Source of the DNA: Candidatus Kaiserbacteria bacterium RIFOXYB1_FULL_46_14
GTDB lineage: Bacteria; Patescibacteriota; Minisyncoccia; Phycocordibacterales; UBA918
Length of the DNA: 64,000 nucleotides
NCBI GenBank assembly: GCA_001783525.1
Contig: MFMS01000006.1
Span: forward strand, 21,074 to 85,073
Direction: 5' to 3'
The translations under genes were made by a program, and so were the position numbers. Position 1 is the first letter of the stretch; each line of letters begins with the position of its first letter. Positions 28,118-38,010 of the stretch are shown one piece after another. The notes under the pieces were generated by a model, which searched no databases, was not told the DNA's origin, and was given only the letters and a program-made list of their open reading frames with translations.

Positions 28118-29344
28118 ATGTCCAAAAATATACTTATTATCATTGGAGCTACTACCGTCATACTTCTGATCGGAGCTTGGGGGTATTTATTTCTTTTTGG
28201 TGCGCCAGGTAGTGTCACGCAAGTACTGAACAATTTACGTTCACCAGACACCCCTTACGAACAGCCAATCACAGGTTCTACTGACACCACCGTTGCAATC
28301 GGTAATAAAAACTTAGCTCAACTGACCACCAAATCTACCGCTGGCTTTGTTCTCATTAAGACAGCCTCCGGATCAGCTGTCCGTTATGCAGAAAAGGGGA
28401 CCGGCCACATCTACGAGATAAATCTCACGAGCGGCACTGAAGAGCGTATTGGCGGTACAACATTTGCCAATACCGCAGAGGCCTACTTCAGTGGTGATGG
28501 TTCCGAGATTATCTTAGTTACTATTGACGGCACTGACCGCAAGGTCGTATGGCGAAGATCTATTGATTCAGCTGAACCTATTGCTTTACCTGCCAATAGT
28601 TACGACTTCGCCTGGAACGACGACGGGGTACTGCGTTACACGGTTAAAGAATCGGGTGTCACGGTTGCCTATGAGAACCGTGACGGTAATCCACAAGAAC
28701 TCTGGCGCACACCACTGTCAGATGTCCGTGTATTCTTCAATCAGTCAGAGACCTTCTTAGTAAACAATCCCGCACCAAGACTATCTGGCGGATTATATGA
28801 GGTTAAGGACAACACCCTAGTTAGAGAGGCCGGACCTGAATATGCATTTACGGGGATGCCCGACCCAACTGGCCAATTTTTGCTTTACCGCTATTTTGAT
28901 ACAGAAAACCAAACGGCAGTGGCAAAAATACTAGACACTTACTCTAACCAGGAAACCATATCGGCTTTACCAGCTGTTCCAGAAAAATGCGCGTTTAGTC
29001 CAGCAAAACAGCGTGTATGGTGTGCTTCCTCGTTTATGCTACTTTGGCGCGATCGTGAGTACTTGAACAAATGGTATCGTGGCGAAGTATCGTCACCCGA
29101 CTCTTTGTGGGTATCAAACTACAATAATTTTGAGTCAGCTAGTCTGGTCGTGGACTTTTCTGAAGAAGCTGGCTTCGACATCGACGTGGTGGATATGAAA
29201 GTTTCCGATGATGGAGCAATGCTTCTTTTCCGAAACAAGATCAATGACGCCTTATGGATGTATCGCTTGAGCGAAGTAAGTGGGGAAGTGGAGCAAGAGC
29301 CAACTAGCGAGGTGGTGGGTGCAACAACTACCGATGCTTCCTAA
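28118..29344 (+). CDS. Hypothetical membrane-anchored extracytoplasmic protein
   Basis: Start chosen at Met 28118 (MSKNILIIIGATT), directly after the upstream stop. N-terminal TM helix; beta-rich body. Confidence 0.45.
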   Translation: MSKNILIIIGATTVILLIGAWGYLFLFGAPGSVTQVLNNLRSPDTPYEQPITGSTDTTVAIGNKNLAQLTTKSTAGFVLIKTASGSAVRYAEKGTGHIYEINLTSGTEERIGGTTFANTAEAYFSGDGSEIILVTIDGTDRKVVWRRSIDSAEPIALPANSYDFAWNDDGVLRYTVKESGVTVAYENRDGNPQELWRTPLSDVRVFFNQSETFLVNNPAPRLSGGLYEVKDNTLVREAGPEYAFTGMPDPTGQFLLYRYFDTENQTAVAKILDTYSNQETISALPAVPEKCAFSPAKQRVWCASSFMLLWRDREYLNKWYRGEVSSPDSLWVSNYNNFESASLVVDFSEEAGFDIDVVDMKVSDDGAMLLFRNKINDALWMYRLSEVSGEVEQEPTSEVVGATTTDAS

Positions 29345-30050
29345 CAACAAACTCCTGTGCTATCGCCATCAAGTTACTGACAGTGAAGTAGAGCGCCACT
29401 GAAGCAGACATAGTGTAGGCCACAAAACCAATTACCGCTGGCAAGACGTAACGCATATTAATATTCATACTGCGAGCAAAGTCCGCCTTCATATCGCTCT
29501 CTCCCTCCTTACGCGGTTCTGGTTTTGGCAGTGACAACTGTGCGTGTATAAACTGCGTCAGACCAGCCAAGACTGCCAACGGCCAGCTCTTACTCGCGAT
29601 ATCGACAATACCAAGGAAGATCATATCAACAGTCTCTGGTGTTGGTATAAAAGAATACAGTGACTCAATGTTGATATTTGGTAACGGTTGTCCGCCGCCA
29701 CTGTAAACGGAGAAGTAGAGAGCAAAGATGATCGGTATCTGCAAAAACACCAAGAAGATACCAGAAAAAGGATTGAGTTTAACCTCACGATAAAGCGCCA
29801 TTGTTGCCCGAGCCAAAGCCTCGCGGTCATCTTTGTATTTTTCCTTCAATTCTTTCAACTTCGGATCTAGTTCCCGCATAGTTTTCTGCATCTTGGCCGC
29901 CTTGATGGAAAGCGGTAGCAAAACTACTTTCACCAACACGGTAATAGCAATGATAGAAAGACCAACGTCACCACCTGGAATAGCGTCAATGAAAAAAACT
30001 AGTCCGTTGTAGATAGGATCAAAGAAAAAAGTGTGCCAGACAAACGACAT
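29328..30050 (-). CDS. yidC: Membrane protein insertase YidC (short form)
   Basis: YidC/Oxa1 family helices (VKVVLLPLSIKAAKMQKTMRELDPKLKELKEKY...). Confidence 0.85.
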   Translation of the reverse strand: MSFVWHTFFFDPIYNGLVFFIDAIPGGDVGLSIIAITVLVKVVLLPLSIKAAKMQKTMRELDPKLKELKEKYKDDREALARATMALYREVKLNPFSGIFLVFLQIPIIFALYFSVYSGGGQPLPNINIESLYSFIPTPETVDMIFLGIVDIASKSWPLAVLAGLTQFIHAQLSLPKPEPRKEGESDMKADFARSMNINMRYVLPAVIGFVAYTMSASVALYFTVSNLMAIAQEFVVRKHR

Positions 30051-30062
30051 AAATAATGGGGA

Positions 30063-30383
30063 TTAAAAATTAGGAATCAGTTTTTGTAACTCTGCCTTCA
30101 ACTCGTCGAATGATGCTTTACCAGCCGTAGGCTTGGTCAGGATAATATACACCCCATTTAGTCCAACTTCGCGCGACAAACGATACAGAATGTTGTACAG
30201 CCGTCGTCTTAGACGATTACGATCAACCGCGCGCTTAAAGACTTTTTTTCCCACCACTACCGCACCATGAAAAGCCTCTTCTTTATTGTATATCAGGGTA
30301 AAGAGGGGAGAATGAAAACGTCGTCCGGACGAAAAAAAACGATCGAACTCTTTCTTAGTCAATCGTTCTTTTTTCTTCAACAT
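30063..30383 (-). CDS. rnpA: Ribonuclease P protein component
   Basis: 106 aa, RNR-like motif RAVDRNRLRRRL, located between rpmH and yidC. Confidence 0.85.
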   Translation of the reverse strand: MLKKKERLTKKEFDRFFSSGRRFHSPLFTLIYNKEEAFHGAVVVGKKVFKRAVDRNRLRRRLYNILYRLSREVGLNGVYIILTKPTAGKASFDELKAELQKLIPNF

Positions 30384-30459
30384 AAATAAGGAAGTAGCGG
30401 GCGAAAAGTAGTAAGTAGAAGTAGATAATCAGCGCTATCCTACTTTATATTTTCCACTT

Positions 30460-30609
30460 CTACTTGCTAGGTTTGACGGCAAGTTGAGCGCGTCCCTTGC
30501 GGCGACGTGCTTGAAGCACTTTTGGACCCTTTGTGCTATTTGTTCGGGCAAGGAAGCCGTGAGTGGTCATTCGCTTCTTCTTGCTTGGTTGATAGGTTCT
30601 TTTCGGCAT
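30460..30609 (-). CDS. rpmH: 50S ribosomal protein L34
   Basis: Manual translation [49 protein letters not shown]. 49 aa, so below the ORF-track cutoff. Confidence 0.9.
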   Translation of the reverse strand: MPKRTYQPSKKKRMTTHGFLARTNSTKGPKVLQARRRKGRAQLAVKPSK

Positions 30610-30669
30610 AAATATGAATTGTTGTTGAACAATATACACTAACTTGGGGCAAAATCAACCGCCAGGTAC

Positions 30670-30689
30670 TTATCCCCAAGTTATACACA
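30670..30689. promoter_or_regulatory. DnaA-box-like 9-mers in the divergent rpmH/dnaA promoter region
   Basis: ttatcccca (30670-30678) and ttatacaca (30681-30689), versus consensus TTATCCACA. Confidence 0.5.
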
Positions 30690-30792
30690 ATTGACGGCAG
30701 GGACTTGCGCGGCGGTTTGTTATTTAGAAGAATGACGCAAAAGTTTACACGCAGAGTGAGAGGGGTATAATTCAGGTCACGTTATCACGTAA

Positions 30793-32187
30793 GTGGTTGT
30801 AATGGATATGAATCAAACCTCATCTGCGATTAACAACGGGTTTATCGGTACAACAGAGATAGACATAAAAAAACTCTGGGATGATGCTTTGGTTAATATC
30901 GAACTCTCCATCACACCAGCCAACTTCAAGACTTGGTTCAGGGACACTCGTATAGTTTCTATCGAAGACGGCACTATAACGCTCGGTGTGCCGAGTGTAT
31001 TCGTAAGAGACTGGTTGCGTGACAAGTTCCAATCGATGATTCTGAAGGTTCTGCGCGACCAAGCAACGTTTATTAGAGGTATCGAGTACGCTGTGGTTAG
31101 TCGTACCGAAAAACGCCAAGAGAACAGGCAGCAGAGCATCAATGCGTCTCTTCCACTTGAAGAGTACTACATCAACAAAAGCGACAACCTAAACCCTCGT
31201 TATTCGTTTGATACTTTTATCATCGGGCCTTTCAACGCGCTGGCACACACCGCCGCCAAGACCGTCAGCGAACGCCCCGGCATAACCTACAATCCGCTAT
31301 TTATTTACGGTAAGACTGGCCACGGCAAGACCCACCTCATACAAGCAGTAGGGAATCACCTTAAGCGTTCTGGTGCCAAAGTGTTCTATGTGACCGCTGA
31401 ACGATTTACGGTTGACTACTTCAACTCTCTTCAGAGTGGAACCGCCAATAGTTTCAAAGACAAATACCGTCAGTACGACGTATTGATAATGGACGACGTG
31501 CAATTCCTAAACAGCAAAGAAAAGACGCAAGAAGAACTTTTCCACCTCTTCAACACAATGCATGACAACAACAAACAGATTGTGTTTTCGAGTGATATTC
31601 ACCCGTCTTTGCTATCTGGAATGGAGGAACGCCTACGCTCACGCTTTGCGGCTGGTATGATCGTTGATATTCCAGCACCAGACCTAGAATCCCGCGCCGC
31701 TATCTTGCGTGCCAAAGCGGCCCAGAACAACATCACCCTTTCTGACGAGGTGGTTGACCACCTAGCTGAGTCGATCAACGGAAACATCCGTGAACTCGAA
31801 GGTGCCCTCAACTCGATCATGTGCCAATCGCAACTCCTGGGCCGAATACTATCTCTGTCAGAAGTTCAGGTAATAATTAAAAACAGTGCCAAGCCCCGCC
31901 GTAACCTAGCAGTATCCGACGTAGTTGATAAGGTGGCGCAATACTTCAGCATCGATCCTGCCAGTATCTACGAAAAGACCCGCCGCAAAGAGGTTGTGAA
32001 ACCACGTCAGCTTATTATGTACATTCTGCGTGAAGACTTCGCGGTTTCCTATCCAACTATCGGTCAAAAACTAGGCGGTCGTGACCACACCACAGTGATC
32101 CACTCCTGCGAAAAGATAAAAGCCGAACTTCAAAGAGACAGTTCTCTAGAAGAAGAGGTGACACAACTCCGAGCACTACTAAAATAA
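30793..32187 (+). CDS. dnaA: Chromosomal replication initiator DnaA
   Basis: AAA+ Walker A GKTGHGKTHL, C-terminal DNA-binding HTH (VSYPTIGQKLGGRDHTTVIHS). An alternative start at 30802 is possible. Confidence 0.92.
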   Translation: MVVMDMNQTSSAINNGFIGTTEIDIKKLWDDALVNIELSITPANFKTWFRDTRIVSIEDGTITLGVPSVFVRDWLRDKFQSMILKVLRDQATFIRGIEYAVVSRTEKRQENRQQSINASLPLEEYYINKSDNLNPRYSFDTFIIGPFNALAHTAAKTVSERPGITYNPLFIYGKTGHGKTHLIQAVGNHLKRSGAKVFYVTAERFTVDYFNSLQSGTANSFKDKYRQYDVLIMDDVQFLNSKEKTQEELFHLFNTMHDNNKQIVFSSDIHPSLLSGMEERLRSRFAAGMIVDIPAPDLESRAAILRAKAAQNNITLSDEVVDHLAESINGNIRELEGALNSIMCQSQLLGRILSLSEVQVIIKNSAKPRRNLAVSDVVDKVAQYFSIDPASIYEKTRRKEVVKPRQLIMYILREDFAVSYPTIGQKLGGRDHTTVIHSCEKIKAELQRDSSLEEEVTQLRALLK

Positions 32188-32277
32188 TCTGAGCAACAAC
32201 AAGAAAACCGCCGCGTCTAACGCGGCGGTTTTCTTTTATTTAATCTGTTGAAAAGGTGTTGAAAAGATCAGGTAAAA

Positions 32278-32462
32278 CTATCCACTTATCCACCAAACAA
32301 GTTGTTGATAGCAGGTTAAATTAAACACATTGGGACTAATTCTGTTGAATAAACCCTCACTAATACCCACCAATGCTGGGCATTATCCCCAGTAACATTT
32401 TGGAACCACCTCTAAAAAACCGTTATTTATCAACCCATAATAGACTATCCACCAATCCACAG
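32278..32462. promoter_or_regulatory. oriC-like DnaA-box cluster with an AT-rich stretch, between dnaA and dnaN
   Basis: Five or more box-like 9-mers: tatccact/ttatccacc (32278-32294), ttatcccca (32384-32392), ttatcaacc (32423-32431), tatccacca/aatccacag (32447-32462). Confidence 0.65.
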
Positions 32463-32546
32463 GGCTAATAATAAGAGCTTAGTTGGGTAATAGAAAAAAG
32501 AAACCGCCAACTACCAACAGGACTTCACGATGCTATAATTGCCATT

Positions 32547-33644
32547 ATGAAAGTGACTCTGAACCGGGATGGTTTTTATAATTTACTGGAGTTGGTGGGG
32601 CGAATCAGTACCAAACACATAACCCTACCGGTTTTACAGTGTGTGTTGATCGAAGCTAGGGAAGACAATAAAGTTGTTTTGCGTGCTACTAATCTCGAGA
32701 TAGCAATTGAGGCTGTTTTGGATGCTGAGGTTGGGGAGGTTGGAAAGGTGGCTGTTCCGGCATCAATTCTTTTACAGACAGTGAATCTTATTAACCAGAA
32801 GTCCATATCCCTACGTTTTACAGAAAACAGCCTGGAGGTTGACGGTAATGGCTCAAAGACACAGATAAAAAGTATTCCCCATGAAGAGTTTCCATCCATT
32901 CCGCAAGTGTCTGGAACGGGGCAGGTTATAAACGGGGCTTTGTTCAGTCTGGGTATCAAGTCCACAGCTTTTGCCGCCTCTTTGTCTTCAATCAAGCCGG
33001 AACTCGGCAGTGTTAATGTTTTTCAGAAAAAAGAACATACTCTAACCTTTGTTTCTACTGACTCTTTTCGTTTGTTTGAAAAGACCGTACCACAAAAAAG
33101 TGTTGTGCTAGACGATGCTATTCTGATTCCACAAAAAAACGCACTAGAGATTGCTCGAGTTTGTGATGTTGTGGGAGGTGACCCGCGAATGAAGGTGAAT
33201 GACCACCAACTAGCTTTAGAGTTTGAAAGCGGTGTCACCATCACCTCGCGGTTGGTGGCTGGTACTTTTCCTGATTATGAACAGATTATTCCAAAGGAGT
33301 ATTCGACCCACACCACTCTCCTCAAAGAAGACTTGTTGCACGCCTTCAAGAAGACAAATATATTTTTGAACAAGTTTTTCCAAGTAGGACTTAGCTTCAA
33401 CAAGGATTCGGTAACAGTGTCTGCGGGGAATAATGATGTTGGTAACACGACTGAATCTATCAGGGCCTCTACCGATGGTGAGGATCTCTCGTTAAACTTT
33501 AATCAGCGCTACATCTCTGAAGCTTTACCACACCTTAGCGACGACAGTATCGTTATCCATCTTTCCGGTATTGGACGACCGATGGTTATTAAGGGGGTGA
33601 ATGATATGTCAGTCCGATACCTAGTAATGCCGATGAACAAATAA
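32547..33644 (+). CDS. dnaN: DNA polymerase III beta sliding clamp
   Basis: 365 aa, three-domain beta-clamp pattern, positioned after dnaA. Confidence 0.9.
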   Translation: MKVTLNRDGFYNLLELVGRISTKHITLPVLQCVLIEAREDNKVVLRATNLEIAIEAVLDAEVGEVGKVAVPASILLQTVNLINQKSISLRFTENSLEVDGNGSKTQIKSIPHEEFPSIPQVSGTGQVINGALFSLGIKSTAFAASLSSIKPELGSVNVFQKKEHTLTFVSTDSFRLFEKTVPQKSVVLDDAILIPQKNALEIARVCDVVGGDPRMKVNDHQLALEFESGVTITSRLVAGTFPDYEQIIPKEYSTHTTLLKEDLLHAFKKTNIFLNKFFQVGLSFNKDSVTVSAGNNDVGNTTESIRASTDGEDLSLNFNQRYISEALPHLSDDSIVIHLSGIGRPMVIKGVNDMSVRYLVMPMNK

Positions 33645-33777
33645 TTTCCAATCGGTCTTTTCCATCCATAATTCGCTGTTCCTTTACTCGACTCCTCACT
33701 GTATATCAACATACAGCTCGGCGTCTCGTTTCAGTCCACAGCTTCGTTCTGGAAGATTTTAGAGTAATTTTAAAGTT

Positions 33778-34062
33778 ATGACTCGCGGCGAATTAAAAAA
33801 GCTCTCATCACTGTTTGATAAATACAGGGAACGACTCGTGGCTCCTGAGGCGAGTGTGGTGGATGCTTTTGTTGAAGTTGTGGCAGATCTGTTTGATCTC
33901 AAAATCAGCCGAGAAAAGATTCGTTATAATCCAACCACCAAAACTTTGTCGATTGTTGGTCTGGGTGTCTTGCGTTCAGAGATAAAGAAACGCGAGCAGG
34001 AGGTCTTTGACCATTTGAAGGGTCGCTTAGGCGAGAAGAGTGTGCCTAAACATATTATCTAA
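33778..34062 (+). CDS. DUF721/DciA-like small protein
   Basis: 94 aa. Pattern ...VDAFVEVVADLFDLKISREKIRYNPTTKTLSIVGLGV.LRSEIKKREQEVFDHL resembles DUF721. Sits in the dnaA-dnaN neighbourhood. Confidence 0.4.
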   Translation: MTRGELKKLSSLFDKYRERLVAPEASVVDAFVEVVADLFDLKISREKIRYNPTTKTLSIVGLGVLRSEIKKREQEVFDHLKGRLGEKSVPKHII

Positions 34063-34065
34063 TCA

Positions 34066-34096
34066 AAAAGCCCAATCCGAAGGATTGGGCTTTTTG
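34066..34096. terminator. Bidirectional rho-independent terminator
   Basis: aaaaagcccaatcc-gaa-ggattgggcttttt, between convergent genes. Confidence 0.8.
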
Positions 34097-34113
34097 ATTT
34101 CAATTTTAGAGTT

Positions 34114-36363
34114 CTAGTTTTGTCTGTTACCAACTGGTTCACCTTCTTGTGGGGGATCGGTCTGGTTGTTGTTTTCAGCTGCAGCACCCACCAGATTGCC
34201 AAATTGTGTGCTTTTCCAAACTCCAACACCGTACTCCCAGAGATTGTATTGTGGGTCACTTGCTGGGTTGGTAGGGTAAGGACCACGAGGGTCATCCTTG
34301 TTTACATAGTGAAGGATAGAGTGGGTGTTTTGATAGATGGCTTGGAGAAGCTCTGTGGAGTCTGTGTTGCCACCCAGCTCAGACAATAAGCTGGTAGTGT
34401 CAACGAAGTAACCGTTTGATCGCAAAACCGGCTTTATGTCATTTGGAATGGCGGCTGGTTCGGCAAAGCTCTCGTTATCAACCTTGGCTAAGGCTTTGTC
34501 CATAAAGGCGCGCCAAAGCGGAGAAACGATGAGTCCGGATATTTCAGTCATTGACCGGTTGTCGTTGTTACCGGCCCAAGCACCGACAACTAGATTTGGC
34601 GTATAGCCGAAGATCCAAGCGTCACGCTTGTCGTTGGTGGTACCGGTCTTGGCGGCTACATCTCGATCTCCAAAGTAGAGTAGGGAACTGGCGCCATAAA
34701 GCGGTGTGCGGGCAACGTTGTCAGAAAGCACATCGGATACTTGGAGGGCAGCTTCACGATCCATTATTCGTGAACCTTCTGGCGCTTCATCTTCAACTTT
34801 CTCTAGGACATTACCTTGAATATCTTCAATTCGTAAAATACTGCGGGTTGGTTTCTTAACACCTTCGTTAGCGAGAACGCTATAAGCGCCTACCATGTCG
34901 ATTAGTTTCACCTCACCGCCTCCCAGTACCAGAGTAAGACCATATCGTCTCCAGTCGGTTAGGGTAGAAAGTCCAGCATCGCGGGCTAGTTTGATCGCGT
35001 CTTGAATGCCAGCCAGGTAGAGTGTTTTAACTGCTGGAATGTTTAAGGATTGCGCCAATGCGTTTCGCATAGACACCGGTCCACGGAAACGATTGTCATA
35101 GTTTTGTGGCGAGTAACATCCGTCATCAGAGGTGAAGTTGTCAGGTGAACAGGTAGTAGAAAACTGTGTCTGAACGTCGAACAGGGTGGTGGCTGGTGTG
35201 TAGCCCTCTTCAAAGGCTTTGGCGTAGATGAATGGCTTGATAGACGATCCCGGTTGGCGCATTGCAAGGGTGATGTTGTAGTTACCATCTACGGCCTTGT
35301 CGAAGTAGTCGCGTGAGCCAACCATGGTTAGGATGTCGCCGGTTTTTGGATCCATGGCAACCATGCCGGCATTAGAAGCGTTGAATTTCTTTTCGTTCGC
35401 GAGAGCGTATTCCTTGATTATCTTTTCAGCTTCTTCTTGTAGTTCGTAATCAAGAGTAGTTATGACCTTTAGGCCTTTGGTTGATAGGTCTTCCTCACCG
35501 TAGCGTTCAACAAGTTGTTCGCGGACGTACATCACAAAGTGCGGAGCACGAATACCGGTATTGGCTGAGGCGGAAAATTCCACCTTCTCAGCAATCGCTG
35601 TTTGGTACTCTTCTTCAGAGATAAAATCTAGTTTGCGCATTTCTGCCAAGACTCGCTTCTGTCTTTGGTCGAGTGCATCGCGGTGATTTCCGTATGGTGA
35701 GAAATAGGTGGGTCTCTGCGGCAGGGCGGCCAAGTAAGCGGCTTCAGCCAAAGTCACATCAGTGGCGGACTTATTGAAGAAAGCACGACTCGCTTCCTCT
35801 ACACCATAAATGGTGCCGCCGTAAGGTGATTCGTTAAGATAGGTGTGTAGAATTTCTTCTTTTGTCATCACTTGTTCCAAACGAAGCGCCAGAATAACTT
35901 CTTTAAGTTTTCTAACGTAGGCCTTTTCAGGGGAGAGGAGGGCGTTCTTGATCACTTGTTGAGTGATGGTGGAACCGCCTTGGCCACGCAGGTTACCGCC
36001 CTGCACGTTGTAGATCATGGCGCGCAGGATAGAAAGCGGTCTTATTCCATGATGTTGAAAGAAAGTGTCGTCCTCAATTGCTACGGTTGCGTTTTTAATA
36101 TAATGAGAGATTCGTTCATACGGAATAGCTGTGCGCTTCACGTCTTGGTTTAGGTCGTAAAGCACCACTTCGCCGGTGCGATCATAGATCTTGGTTGATT
36201 GCAGGATGCGGCGTTGTTCGAAGGCAGAAAGATCGGGTAGATCTAAAGTGGAGATAAACACTAAAAGTGCCCCGGCACTAAAAAAGCCGATAACTAGGGT
36301 CACGATCAGGCCGTCAATAGCCCAGCCGCGCCACTTTTTGTTAAATTTTCGTCGGTCTCTCAT
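34114..36363 (-). CDS. Class A penicillin-binding protein (PBP1A; transglycosylase + transpeptidase)
   Basis: N-terminal TM; GT51 motifs (GGSTITQQVIKN); transpeptidase SxxK (SSIKPF). Confidence 0.9.
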   Translation of the reverse strand: MRDRRKFNKKWRGWAIDGLIVTLVIGFFSAGALLVFISTLDLPDLSAFEQRRILQSTKIYDRTGEVVLYDLNQDVKRTAIPYERISHYIKNATVAIEDDTFFQHHGIRPLSILRAMIYNVQGGNLRGQGGSTITQQVIKNALLSPEKAYVRKLKEVILALRLEQVMTKEEILHTYLNESPYGGTIYGVEEASRAFFNKSATDVTLAEAAYLAALPQRPTYFSPYGNHRDALDQRQKRVLAEMRKLDFISEEEYQTAIAEKVEFSASANTGIRAPHFVMYVREQLVERYGEEDLSTKGLKVITTLDYELQEEAEKIIKEYALANEKKFNASNAGMVAMDPKTGDILTMVGSRDYFDKAVDGNYNITLAMRQPGSSIKPFIYAKAFEEGYTPATTLFDVQTQFSTTCSPDNFTSDDGCYSPQNYDNRFRGPVSMRNALAQSLNIPAVKTLYLAGIQDAIKLARDAGLSTLTDWRRYGLTLVLGGGEVKLIDMVGAYSVLANEGVKKPTRSILRIEDIQGNVLEKVEDEAPEGSRIMDREAALQVSDVLSDNVARTPLYGASSLLYFGDRDVAAKTGTTNDKRDAWIFGYTPNLVVGAWAGNNDNRSMTEISGLIVSPLWRAFMDKALAKVDNESFAEPAAIPNDIKPVLRSNGYFVDTTSLLSELGGNTDSTELLQAIYQNTHSILHYVNKDDPRGPYPTNPASDPQYNLWEYGVGVWKSTQFGNLVGAAAENNNQTDPPQEGEPVGNRQN

Positions 36364-36466
36364 AATACGAATTATTAGTATATAGTATATGACATATAGG
36401 CCGTTTTGTGGCTTTTATGCCTGTCTGCGAGGGTACTATATACCACATATACAATATATTTTCTCT

Positions 36467-37612
36467 ATGGATTTAGTAAAAGAATTGAAGGAACGTGGTT
36501 TGATAGAACATAATTCTGCTGACCCGGAAAAGATTTTTGGTGAAAAAAGAACCATCTACATTGGTACTGATCCGACTGCCGACTCTTTGCATGTCGGTCA
36601 CTTGTCATGGGTGGTCTTATTAAAAAGGCTGGCTGATGCTGGACATAAGATAATCCTTCTTGTTGGTGGTGGTACAGGATTGATCGGTGACCCAAAAGAA
36701 AAAGGCGAACGACCACTTCTGACTGAGGATGTAGTCGATGCGAATGCTGTTGCTCTCAAGAGTCAGCTCAGTGGACTGCTTGGTCAGCGTGCCGAATTTG
36801 TAATGGTGAATAATTCCGAATGGCTTCATTCTGTCCTGCTGCTCGATTTTTTGCGTGATGTGGGCAAGCACTTTACAGTGAACGAACTGGTTAAGAGAGA
36901 TCTGATTCGCCGCCGCCTTGATAATCCTGACGATAGTATTTCCTACACGGAGTTCACTTATTCATTGCTGCAGGCTTATGATTACCGCGAGCTCAATCAG
37001 CGTTACGGTTGCGATCTTCAAATTGGTGGTAGTGATCAGTGGACTAACATCCTCTCTGGTGTGGATCTGATTCGCAAGAAGGATGGTAAGGAAGTATTTG
37101 CGCTATCGACTCCGCTCATTACAGACTCCACCGGTCGCAAGTTTGGCAAGAGTGAGGGCAACGCCATTTGGCTTAATGCGGAGAAAACCACGCCGTATCA
37201 GTTTCATCAATTTTGGTTGAACGTAGATGATGAAAAGGCGATTGATTACCTAAAAATCTACACCCTGCTCTCACTTGAAGAGATCGAAGCGATTAAGGGA
37301 GAGTTTGATAACGACCGGAGCGGTAGGTTGGCGCAGAAGCGCCTGGCTGATGAGGTAACACGCTTTGTGCACGGAGAAGATGTGGTGTTGGAGACACCCG
37401 TCTATCAGGCAAACTCAAGTGACAATTTGGTTGATGTATTAATTGCTACCGGTCTGGCATCAAGCAAAAGAGAAGCTCGAGAATTTATTGAAAGTGGGGC
37501 GGTGACTATTGATGGCGAGCGGATTGAAGATGTAGCGGCCTTGGTAAAAAATGGAGTTCTCCAGCGCGGCAAACGAAAGATGAACAGTGTAGAAATTAAG
37601 ATTGGCTCTTAA
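36467..37612 (+). CDS. tyrS: Tyrosine--tRNA ligase
   Basis: HVGHL (HIGH), KFGKS (KMSKS), C-terminal S4 domain. Start at Met 36467 (MDLVKELKERGL). Confidence 0.9.
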   Translation: MDLVKELKERGLIEHNSADPEKIFGEKRTIYIGTDPTADSLHVGHLSWVVLLKRLADAGHKIILLVGGGTGLIGDPKEKGERPLLTEDVVDANAVALKSQLSGLLGQRAEFVMVNNSEWLHSVLLLDFLRDVGKHFTVNELVKRDLIRRRLDNPDDSISYTEFTYSLLQAYDYRELNQRYGCDLQIGGSDQWTNILSGVDLIRKKDGKEVFALSTPLITDSTGRKFGKSEGNAIWLNAEKTTPYQFHQFWLNVDDEKAIDYLKIYTLLSLEEIEAIKGEFDNDRSGRLAQKRLADEVTRFVHGEDVVLETPVYQANSSDNLVDVLIATGLASSKREAREFIESGAVTIDGERIEDVAALVKNGVLQRGKRKMNSVEIKIGS

Positions 37613-37631
37613 TTAAGTAAGTCGCTTAAAA

Positions 37632-37667
37632 ACAAACGGCCGGCACCTTTAGGTGCCGGCCGTTTGT
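37632..37667. terminator. Bidirectional rho-independent terminator
   Basis: acaaacggccggcacc-ttta-ggtgccggccgtttgt. Confidence 0.8.
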
Positions 37668-37678
37668 CCATCTGCTTC

Positions 37679-38005
37679 TTACAAGTGGTCCTCGTCGTCA
37701 AATGAATCGTAATCAACATCTTCGGCGTCTTCTTCAAGTTCCTCGTCGGTCTTTTCCTCTTCTTCCTCCTCCTCAACTTCTCCAATATCTTCTTTAATAT
37801 GCCCAAAGCCCTCGGGTTCCTCGACGGGAGCGTCATCAGTTATTTCATCCAGTATTGCATCGTCCAAACCAGCTACGCCCTCAGCGTCTTCCTCCTCAAC
37901 TTCTTCATCGTCATTACGGTTGGTATGCAAAGAGATCATATTCGTTCGGAATTGAAATTTATTTCTATTGAAAATGGATTTTATCGTAATCCAGTTTATG
38001 TGCAA
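37679..38005 (-). CDS. Highly acidic hypothetical protein
   Basis: Asp/Glu-rich (EEVEEEDAEGVAGLDD..., EEEEEEEKTDEELEEDAEDVDYDSFDDEDHL). Start may be the internal Met at 37939. Confidence 0.4.
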   Translation of the reverse strand: MHINWITIKSIFNRNKFQFRTNMISLHTNRNDDEEVEEEDAEGVAGLDDAILDEITDDAPVEEPEGFGHIKEDIGEVEEEEEEEKTDEELEEDAEDVDYDSFDDEDHL

Positions 38006-38010
38006 GTCCC

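Noticed and set aside
36365-36466. T-box leader upstream of tyrS
   Set aside because: Only ~100 nt separate tyrS from the divergent PBP gene. No specifier/T-box sequence (AATTAGAGTGGAACCGCG-like) was seen, so it is too short for a T-box riboswitch.
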